Source: a virus (taxonomy: Duplodnaviria > Heunggongvirae > Uroviricota > Caudoviricetes). Taken from it: DNA of 6,888 nt. Shown here one piece after another: positions 1 through 5,889 of the stretch (the stretch's first letter is position 1; every line of letters begins with the position of its first letter). The stretch lies in the IMG/VR virus record IMGVR_UViG_2684622541_000001. One strand, 5' to 3'. The notes under the pieces are model-generated. The model was given only the letters and a program-made list of their open reading frames with translations, searched no databases and was not told the origin of the DNA. The translations under genes were made by a program, and so were the position numbers.

Positions 1-41
1 CGCGCCAGTTTCAGGGCAAAACTCAGCTCACCGTCGAACAC
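1..41 (-). CDS. T: Start of the T extension of the G-T tail assembly chaperone fusion (read in the -1 frame relative to G); partial, runs off the window at position 1
   Basis: Hand translation of the minus strand from position 41 downward in the -1 frame gives V-F-D-G-E-L-S-F-A-L-K-L-A, matching my recollection of the start of the lambda gpT segment. It sits immediately 3' of the slippery heptamer at the end of G. Confidence 0.7.
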   Translation of the reverse strand, partial: MFDGELSFALKLA

Positions 42-445
42 TTTCCCGCAGAAACAGGCTCTGCAGGCCCGGCGTCCTCTGCCTGTTCAGGAGCATCATT
101 CACCACAAACTCATACATACCGGACAGCCGGTACACCACGTTTTCAGCATGAGAAATTGCCTCTGTGGGCCAGGTGGTAAGCACTTCCTGCTCAATCTGT
201 TTAACGGCTTCATTCATGGACGGCATCTGCGTCTTCTTCGGATGGTTATGCCACAGGGACATCGCAACCACAAAAGCGCCGGTTCTGATGGCGTCTTCCA
301 CAGTAAACTTCCGGTTGCTGTCTGACTCCGCCTGTTCTGCCTGCCGTTTCATCAGGTCGAGATGCTCAATACGCTGCAGGGCTGACAGTTCAGAAAGCGT
401 GACGGTCACACCGTTATGTTCAAATGATTCGGTTTTCAGGAACAT
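23..445 (-). CDS. G: Tail assembly chaperone G (140 aa)
   Basis: ORF-track 140-aa protein MFLKTESFEHNGVTVTLSELSALQRIEHLDLMKRQ... matches lambda gpG as I recall it, in length and sequence. ATG at 443-445 is preceded by GGAGAG (complement of 451-456). Position is directly downstream of V, as in lambda. Confidence 0.92.
   Translation of the reverse strand: MFLKTESFEHNGVTVTLSELSALQRIEHLDLMKRQAEQAESDSNRKFTVEDAIRTGAFVVAMSLWHNHPKKTQMPSMNEAVKQIEQEVLTTWPTEAISHAENVVYRLSGMYEFVVNDAPEQAEDAGPAEPVSAGKCSTVS
41..47 (-). promoter_or_regulatory. Programmed -1 ribosomal frameshift slippery heptamer G_GGA_AAG near the 3' end of G (G/GT tail assembly chaperone)
   Basis: Plus strand 41-47 is ctttccc, so the minus strand reads GGGAAAG. 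In the G frame the codons are GCG GGA AAG (A-G-K of the ...SAGKCSTVS C-terminus), the classic lambda G-T arrangement about 20 nt before the G stop at 23-25. Confidence 0.8.
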
Positions 446-460
446 CGCTGACTCTCCGGA

Positions 461-1201
461 TTAACTGGCGGTGACGTTGATTTCTGCAACCGCAGCAAAC
501 TCACCATTACCAGATACGACCGGAATGTTGACCTTGCCTGCAGCAACACCTTTCACGGTGATGGTCATACCACTGACCGACACGGTGGCTTTTGTTTTAT
601 CCGCAGACACCGCACGGAAGCTCTTGTCGGTTGCGCCATCCGGCTGGAATGCCACGGTCAGCGTGGTGCTCTGCCCTTTCACTACGGAAGCACTGGCGGG
701 TGTCACCGTCATGCCGGTCGTCGCCGTCACCGTGCTGCGATCTTCTGCCATCGACGGACGTCCCACATTGGTGACCTTCACCGTGCGGGTAATCACCTCC
801 TTCGCCGTCACCGCCTTACCGATACTGCTGACCCAGCCACGGAACACATCGACCGTGCCGTTCGGGAAGCGGATTTTATAGGCACGGGTATCACCTTCAT
901 TAAACCACGCCAGCAGCGCCTGCTGCCCCTGCTCTCCGGGCATCCACGCCAGCGTGAAGCTGGTATCTCCGGCAGATTTCTGCCCCTGCCCGGTCGCAGT
1001 CCAGTCTGCATCTTCATCATCGAGATAGCTGTCGTCATAGGACTCAGCGGTCAGTTCGCCGGGCGTCAGGTCTTTAACTTTTGCCAGACGCGACCAGTCA
1101 ACGTCTGAAAGCGGGTTCGCATAAGGGTCACCGCTCCCCTTATAAACCCACAGGGTGGTCCCGGCACCTTTCACCGGCATTGTAGGATTTGGTACAGGCA
1201 T
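461..1201 (-). CDS. V: Major tail tube protein V (246 aa)
   Basis: The ORF-track protein contains [44 protein letters not shown]..., recognisable as lambda gpV. I place the start at the ATG at 1199-1201 (complement), which is preceded by GAGGA, rather than the upstream in-frame Met of the 256-aa track ORF. The C-terminal part has the Ig-like-domain character of gpV. Confidence 0.93.
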   Translation of the reverse strand: MPVPNPTMPVKGAGTTLWVYKGSGDPYANPLSDVDWSRLAKVKDLTPGELTAESYDDSYLDDEDADWTATGQGQKSAGDTSFTLAWMPGEQGQQALLAWFNEGDTRAYKIRFPNGTVDVFRGWVSSIGKAVTAKEVITRTVKVTNVGRPSMAEDRSTVTATTGMTVTPASASVVKGQSTTLTVAFQPDGATDKSFRAVSADKTKATVSVSGMTITVKGVAAGKVNIPVVSGNGEFAAVAEINVTAS

Positions 1202-1208
1202 AGCGTCC

Positions 1209-1604
1209 TCACATTTCATAGATAATGACATAAGTCAGATCGGCTGAACTCCACAGGCCCGCATCATCGTCGCGCCGGTAGTCATAGCCGCTGGCCACCA
1301 TACTGGTGATCAAATCTGACAGTGCCGGGATATCGCTCATCACAGGATAAATCCGGGACTCCATCCACGAATCCAGCTCTGAATCCGGCACCTGAGCAGG
1401 CAGGAAAACTTCAATATGCAGCTCCGCCTGCCAGGTATCGCTGTCCAGCTCTTCGCCCGTGTATTCAGCGCCGGTGAGATAAACGGCAATTGCCGGAAAA
1501 TCTTCCTCATCAAAAACAGCGGGGCGACCATCAAAAAGCGTCGCCCCGGTGTCATGCTTCTCCAGTGCATCCAGTACGGCTGCACGGAGTTCAGTATGTT
1601 TCAT
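1209..1604 (-). CDS. U: Tail terminator protein U (131 aa)
   Basis: ORF-track protein [53 protein letters not shown]... matches lambda gpU in sequence and length. Its start overlaps the Z stop in an ATGA arrangement. Confidence 0.93.
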   Translation of the reverse strand: MKHTELRAAVLDALEKHDTGATLFDGRPAVFDEEDFPAIAVYLTGAEYTGEELDSDTWQAELHIEVFLPAQVPDSELDSWMESRIYPVMSDIPALSDLITSMVASGYDYRRDDDAGLWSSADLTYVIIYEM

Positions 1605-2179
1605 CGCTTTATTACCATTCTCAGTTGATGCTGCAGCGCATAGCCCAGCTCTTTCGGAAGACGTTCACGCCGTATCCGTTCAATATTCTGTTTAAACGCC
1701 GTGGTCAGCGGCACCGCCATCGGGATTTTCACCACATCAATGGGGTAACGGTTTTTCCCGGCCACACGCTGCATAACATGCCACCGGCCGTTTTTCAGTT
1801 GCTGAATAAACGCGCCGGGAATACGACGGTTACCCACCACAAGCACGCTGCCGCCACCTTTCAGGGATGAACGCTGCCCCTTTTTATGACGCCTGCGGCG
1901 GGACAGGACAACCCGCGCATTACCCAGCTTGATTACGGGCAAATCCCCCCGGTTAACTTTGATTCTGGCCTGCGGATTTTTGACCGTGGCCCTTTTCAGC
2001 CTGGCCCTTTCCTTTACCAGTTTCCGGCGTACCTTTGTCTCACGGGCAACCTGTGACGCAGACTGCGATATCGCGGATGAAGCAACGCGGTTAATGGCCA
2101 TTGCGGCGGCACCGGGCACCGCCGTTTTGCTGATACGGCTGAGGTTTTCAACGGCCTGCTCAAGACCTTTTATGGCCAT
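1601..2179 (-). CDS. Z: Tail completion / head-tail connector protein Z (192 aa)
   Basis: ORF-track protein MAIKGLEQAVENLSRISKTAVPGAAAMAINRVASSAISQSASQVARETK... matches lambda gpZ. ATG at 2177-2179 is preceded by AGGGGGA (complement of 2183-2189). Confidence 0.93.
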   Translation of the reverse strand: MAIKGLEQAVENLSRISKTAVPGAAAMAINRVASSAISQSASQVARETKVRRKLVKERARLKRATVKNPQARIKVNRGDLPVIKLGNARVVLSRRRRHKKGQRSSLKGGGSVLVVGNRRIPGAFIQQLKNGRWHVMQRVAGKNRYPIDVVKIPMAVPLTTAFKQNIERIRRERLPKELGYALQHQLRMVIKR

Positions 2180-2190
2180 ACATCCCCCTT

Positions 2191-2544
2191 TCAGCGGCGA
2201 CGGTTAACGGCAGGCGGTACGCCCCGTCCAAGCCAGAGATGACAACTTCCGCCATCATCCGGCGAAACCCGATCTACCCAGAAATTTTCCTCACCGATGG
2301 TCAGCGTGTCTCCACGCCGCAGCTGCCGCACCTCATCAGTCCGGACAAACAGGGACGGGCTGGAGCCTTCAACGCGCACGCCCTGTCCGGCATAGCTGAT
2401 ATTTTCAGGGTCATCAAAAACACCACGTATCACCGCACCTGACTGCTCACCGGATGTCATGGTGGCTGACGTTCCCATGTACCCGCGTATCGTTTCATCG
2501 GCGCGGGCAATGGCAGCATCGAACAGGTTATCGAAATCAGCCAC
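2191..2544 (-). CDS. FII: Head-tail joining protein FII (117 aa)
   Basis: ORF-track protein MADFDNLFDAAIARADETIRGYMGTSATMTSGEQSGAVIRGVFDDPENISYAGQG... matches lambda gpFII. The start codon read from the sequence is GTG (complement of cac at 2542-2544), preceded by GGGAGG. Confidence 0.9.
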   Translation of the reverse strand: MADFDNLFDAAIARADETIRGYMGTSATMTSGEQSGAVIRGVFDDPENISYAGQGVRVEGSSPSLFVRTDEVRQLRRGDTLTIGEENFWVDRVSPDDGGSCHLWLGRGVPPAVNRRR

Positions 2545-2555
2545 AGCGCCTCCCG

Positions 2556-2954
2556 TTATTGCATTCTGGCCAGGCCGCGCTCTGTCATTTCGGCTGCCAC
2601 ACCGGCAGAGACACGAAACGCCGTTCCCGGCAGCACAAATGCCACAGGTTTATCCCGCGTGGCGTGAAGTGCATCAGTATGCAGCGTCACCAGTGCCACG
2701 ACCGTGACCAGTTCAGCCGTATCCTGAATCACGGTATCCGGCTGCGCTGATACCACCTCATTTTCATGCCCGGTCAGCACATTTTCCCGGCTGAGAGGGG
2801 TGTCCTGACCGGCAGTTTCATCCGTGTCATCAAGCTCTTCTTCCAGCTCTGCCACACGAAGCGCCAGTTCTTCTTTCGTTCCCGTCAAACTGACATCGCG
2901 GTTCAATTGCTCACCCAGCTCCTGAAGACGGGCAATCAGTTCATCTTTCGTCAT
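2556..2954 (-). CDS. FI: DNA packaging / head assembly protein FI (132 aa)
   Basis: The ORF-track protein contains MTKDELIARLQELGEQLNRDVSLTGTKEELALRVAELEEELDDTDETAGQD..., recognisable as lambda gpFI. I place the start at the ATG at 2952-2954, preceded by GGAGGAG (complement of 2959-2965). The 13-codon upstream extension in the track ORF starts inside the E-FI hairpin and is not used. Confidence 0.88.
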   Translation of the reverse strand: MTKDELIARLQELGEQLNRDVSLTGTKEELALRVAELEEELDDTDETAGQDTPLSRENVLTGHENEVVSAQPDTVIQDTAELVTVVALVTLHTDALHATRDKPVAFVLPGTAFRVSAGVAAEMTERGLARMQ

Positions 2955-2975
2955 GAACTCCTCCACAGAGAGAAA

Positions 2976-2993
2976 ATGGCCCCGAAGGGCCAT
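2976..2993 (-). terminator. Perfect 7-bp stem with 4-nt loop (transcript sense AUGGCCC-UUCG-GGGCCAU), 2 nt downstream of the E stop and followed on the transcript by UUUCUCUCU; candidate partial terminator or mRNA 3'-stabilising hairpin between E and FI
   Basis: Plus strand 2976-2993 is atggccc cgaa gggccat; the two arms are exact reverse complements. On the minus-strand transcript the loop is UUCG with a C-G closing pair (the stable cUUCGg tetraloop type). The U-rich tract is the complement of 2967-2975. Confidence 0.45.
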
Positions 2994-2995
2994 GA

Positions 2996-4076
2996 TTACG
3001 CCAGTTGAACGGACACGAACTCATCAGGATCAGCCAGCAGCATCAGCGGTGCTGACTGAATCATGGTGAACTCACGCGCCGGATCGCCGGTGGTCACCCA
3101 GTTTTTCGGGTAACGGGCAGAAGCGTTAATGCCTTCGCGCTGTGCGTCCGCATCCTGAATGCAGCCATAGGTGCGCAGACCGCGAGCCTGAGTGTTCCCC
3201 AGCACCATCGTGTTGTCCGGCAGGAAGTTCTTTTTGACGCCGTTTTCCACGTACTGTCCGGAATACACGACGATGGCCACATCGCCATACATTCCCTTAT
3301 AGGACACCGCTTTGCCCAGGTCTTTTACCGCTGTCTCCAGCTCGGAATGAGAGCCGCGACGGGTATCCAGCTTCTCCTTGACGGCTNNNNNNNNNNNNNN
3401 NNNNNNNNNNNNNNNNNNNNNNNNNNNNNNNNNNNNNNNNNNNNNNNNNNNNNNNNNNNNNNNNNNNNNNNNNNNNNNNNNNNNNNNNNNNNNNNNNNNN
3501 NNNNNNNNNNNNNNNNNNNNNNNNNNNNNNNNNNNNNNNNNNNNNNNNNNNNNNNNNNNNNNNNNNNNNNNNNNNNNNNNNNNNNNNNNNNNNNNNNNNN
3601 NNNNNNNNNNNNNNNNNNNNNNNNNNNNNNNNNNNNNNNNNNNNNNNNNNNNNNNNNNNNNNNNNNNNNNNNNNNNNNNNNNNNNNNNNNNNNNNNNNNN
3701 NNNNNNNNNNNNNNNNNNNNNNNNNNNNNNNNNNNNNNNNNNNNNNNNNNNNNNNNNNNNNNNNNNNNNNNNNNNNNNNNNNNNNNNNNNNNNNNNNNNN
3801 NNNNNNNNNNNNNNNNNNNNNNNNCACCTCATGCTTGGGTTTGACATATCCCGGCGTAAATTCAGAGGTGGAGCCGCCACGGGAACGGATAACCTCACCG
3901 GAAACAATCGGCGAAACGTACAGCGCCATGTTTACCAGTCCCGGAATTTGTGAGAGATAGACTTTCTCCGTGGTGAAGGGATAGCTCTCACGGAAAAAGA
4001 GACGCAGAAACAGCGGATCAAACTTAAATTTCTGCTCATTTGCCGCCAGCAGCTGGGCGGTTGTGTACATCGACAT
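2996..4076 (-). CDS. E: Major capsid protein E, interrupted by an N-run (3387-3824); visible N-terminal 84 aa and C-terminal 129 aa
   Basis: The N-terminal segment MSMYTTAQLLAANEQKFKFDPLFLRLFFRESYPFTTEKVYLSQIPGLVNMALYVSPIVSGEVIRSRGGSTSEFTPGYVKPKHEV and the C-terminal segment AVKEKLDTRRGS...DPDEFVSVQLA both match lambda gpE. Start ATG is at 4074-4076 and the stop at 2996-2998. The two segments are in different frames in window coordinates, so the N-run length is not the true length. Confidence 0.9.
3387..3824. other. Run of 438 ambiguous bases (N) inside gene E
   Basis: Seen directly in the sequence. About 55 nt longer than the roughly 383 nt of E that should be missing if E is the canonical 341 aa. 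Confidence 0.99.
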
Positions 4077-4131
4077 AAAAAAATCCCGTAAAAAAAGCCA
4101 CACAGGCGGCCTTTAGTGATGAAGGGTAAAG

Positions 4132-4387
4132 TTAAACGATGCTGATTGCCGTTCCGGCAAACACGGTCCGTTTTTTCGTCTCGTCGCTGGCAGCCTCCGG
4201 CCAGAGCACATCCTCATAACGGAACGTGCCGGACTTGTAGAACGTCAGTGTGGTGCTGGTCTGGTCAGCAGCAACCGCAAGAATGCCAACGGCAGCACCG
4301 TCGGTGGTGCCATCCCACGCAACCAGCTTACGGGTGGAGGTGTCCAGCATCAGCGGGGTCATTGCAGGCGCTTTCGCACTCAATCCG
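4132..4387 (-). CDS. D: Head decoration protein D, visible C-terminal 83 codons plus part of the preceding codon; the 5' end (about 27 codons) lies in the N-run
   Basis: Visible translation [83 protein letters not shown] corresponds to residues 28-110 of lambda gpD as I recall it. The Met the ORF track shows at 4381-4383 is a TTG (Leu28) read as an alternative start. Stop is at 4132-4134. Confidence 0.85.
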
Positions 4388-4764
4388 NNNNNNNNNNNNN
4401 NNNNNNNNNNNNNNNNNNNNNNNNNNNNNNNNNNNNNNNNNNNNNNNNNNNNNNNNNNNNNNNNNNNNNNNNNNNNNNNNNNNNNNNNNNNNNNNNNNNN
4501 NNNNNNNNNNNNNNNNNNNNNNNNNNNNNNNNNNNNNNNNNNNNNNNNNNNNNNNNNNNNNNNNNNNNNNNNNNNNNNNNNNNNNNNNNNNNNNNNNNNN
4601 NNNNNNNNNNNNNNNNNNNNNNNNNNNNNNNNNNNNNNNNNNNNNNNNNNNNNNNNNNNNNNNNNNNNNNNNNNNNNNNNNNNNNNNNNNNNNNNNNNNN
4701 NNNNNNNNNNNNNNNNNNNNNNNNNNNNNNNNNNNNNNNNNNNNNNNNNNNNNNNNNNNNNNNN
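4388..4764. other. Run of 377 ambiguous bases (N) covering the 3' end of C/Nu3, the C-D intergenic region and the 5' end of D
   Basis: Seen directly in the sequence. About 136 nt shorter than the roughly 513 nt expected from the canonical lambda layout. Confidence 0.99.
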
Positions 4765-4943
4765 TCACAGTTGAGGATCCCCATAATGCGACTGTTTTCT
4801 GCCGCAACCGCTGCGGTGATCTGCGCGTTCACGTCCGGCTGCGCCGCGCTGGCGTTCTCGCCCTCCGTCGCTTGCACCACGCCAGTAACGTCAGCCTGCG
4901 AAGCAGTGGCTGAAACAGTTGTTGATTGAGTCTCTTTGGTCAT
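4765..4943 (-). CDS. Nu3: Head scaffolding protein Nu3, nested in frame within C; visible N-terminal 59 codons, 3' end in the N-run
   Basis: In-frame internal ATG at 4941-4943 (complement) inside the C reading frame, preceded by GGAGGG (complement of 4949-4954). Translation MTKETQSTTVSATASQADVTGVV... matches the lambda Nu3 N-terminus. Confidence 0.78.
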
Positions 4944-5889
4944 TCGCCCTCCTGAGAGACGGGATTTACGTGCATCCAGTGCATCACGCATGACGGTGAT
5001 CGCATCGGTACTGTTAACAAGTTCATCAGCCAGTCCGGCATCAATGGCCTCCTGACCGCTGTACACTGCAGCCTCGGTATCCAGCACAGCCTGCACGGAC
5101 AGGCCGGTATATGCCGACACCTTCTGTGCAAACATCCGGCGGGTTGCATCCATCCGGGACTGCAGTGTTTCCCGGACGTCATCCGGTAGATGGCTGTAGG
5201 GGTTGCCATCCACCTTATGGCTGCCGCTGTAAATCAGCGTGATTTCCACGCCCTGTTTCTCCAGTGCAGCGCCGTAATTACTGTGAGCCATCATGACGCC
5301 GATGGAGCCTGTCCGGGCGGTCTGCGTGACCAGACGCCGGGAGGCGGCACTGGCAAGCANNNNNNNNNNNNNNNNNNNNNNNNNNNNNNNNNNNNNNNNN
5401 NNNNNNNNNNNNNNNNNNNNNNNNNNNNNNNNNNNNNNNNNNNNNNNNNNNNNNNNNNNNNNNNNNNNNNNNNNNNNNNNNNNNNNNNNNNNNNNNNNNN
5501 NNNNNNNNNNNNNNNNNNNNNNNNNNNNNNNNNNNNNNNNNNNNNNNNNNNNNNNNNNNNNNNNNNNNNNNNNNNNNNNNNNNNNNNNNNNNNNNNNNNN
5601 NNNNNNNNNNNNNNNNNNNNNNNNNNNNNNNNNNNNNNNNNNNNNNNNNNNNNNNNNNNNNNNNNNNNNNNNNNNNNNNNNNNNNNNNNNNNNNNNNNNN
5701 NNNNNNNNNNNNNNNNNNNNNNNNNNNNNNNNNNNNNNNNNNNNNNNNNNNNNNNNNNNNNNNNNNNNNNNNNCCAAGCTGGCCTGCAAGCGCACAAAAG
5801 AAAACCCGCGCATAGGCGGGTTCAAGCATCAGCGGCTCATTAAAAGCCATGCTGGCAATATGCGGGAGATTACGCAGCTCTGCTGTCAC
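4765..5889 (-). CDS. C: Head maturation protease / minor capsid protein C; visible parts are N-terminal 38 codons (5776-5889) and an internal 197-codon segment (4767-5357), interrupted by the N-run 5360-5773 with the 3' end in the N-run 4388-4764
   Basis: N-terminal segment (V/M)TAELRNLPHIASMAFNEPLMLEPAYARVFFCALAGQL and internal segment LASAASRRLVTQTARTGSIGVMMAHSNYGAALEKQGVEITLIYSGSHKVDGNPYSHLPDDVRETLQSRMD... match lambda gpC, a ClpP/SppA-like serine protease. The start is GTG at 5887-5889, preceded by GGAGGAG (complement of 5893-5899), and overlaps the 3' end of B by 20 nt as in lambda. Confidence 0.85.
5360..5773. other. Run of 414 ambiguous bases (N) inside gene C
   Basis: Seen directly in the sequence. 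About 232 nt longer than the roughly 182 nt of C that should be missing. The C segments on either side are in different frames in window coordinates. Confidence 0.99.

Noticed and set aside
165-881. Plus-strand ORFs 165-464 (99 aa), 471-881 (136 aa) and 592-774 (60 aa)
   Set aside because: They are antisense to the well-supported G and V genes. The translations are Cys/Arg/Ser-rich and low-complexity, typical of antisense frames in GC-rich coding DNA, and they have no ribosome-binding site context.
808-1038. 76-aa minus-strand ORF nested inside V in another frame
   Set aside because: Arg/Ser/Cys-rich composition, fully contained in the V coding sequence, no independent support.
1202-1231. 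Upstream in-frame extension of V ([10 protein letters not shown]...) offered by the ORF track
   Set aside because: It would overlap the U 3' end without a Shine-Dalgarno. The canonical start MPVPNPT at 1201 has GAGGA at the right spacing and gives the known 246-aa protein.
1555-1625. Apparent 1-nt shift when hand-reading the displayed line starting at 1561 (an extra c at 1560/1561 and a missing c near 1620), which would frameshift U and Z
   Set aside because: The ORF track computed from the window gives intact 131-codon U and 192-codon Z, and anchors on either side (U stop at 1209, Z start at 2179) agree with it. I treat it as a display or reading artefact, not a real frameshift.
1340-2750. 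Overlapping alternative-frame ORFs on both strands (for example 1340-1585 minus, 1416-1628 plus, 1490-1870 plus, 1929-2207 plus, 2239-2442 plus, 2454-2750 plus)
   Set aside because: All lie inside or antisense to U, Z, FII and FI, whose translations match known lambda proteins. None has a convincing start context. Most likely chance open frames.
2955-2993. Upstream in-frame extension of FI (MALRGHFLSVEEF...) starting at 2993
   Set aside because: That ATG lies inside the stable hairpin and lacks a Shine-Dalgarno. The MTKDEL start at 2954 has GGAGGAG and matches lambda FI.
3094-3288. 64-aa minus-strand ORF inside E in another frame, and the plus-strand ORFs 3347-3844 and 3378-3953
   Set aside because: Nested in or antisense to E. 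The latter two are mostly translated N (X) and are meaningless.
4077-4103. Upstream extension of E (MWLFLRDFF...) starting at 4103
   Set aside because: It begins at a non-ATG codon inside the D-E spacer. The canonical MSMYTTAQLL start at 4076 matches lambda E.
4146-5843. Plus-strand and minus-strand ORFs spanning N-runs (4146-4913, 4250-4774, 4328-4807, 5190-5843, 5291-5797, 5293-5958)
   Set aside because: They are open largely because N codons cannot encode stops. Their resolved parts are antisense or off-frame relative to D, C and B.
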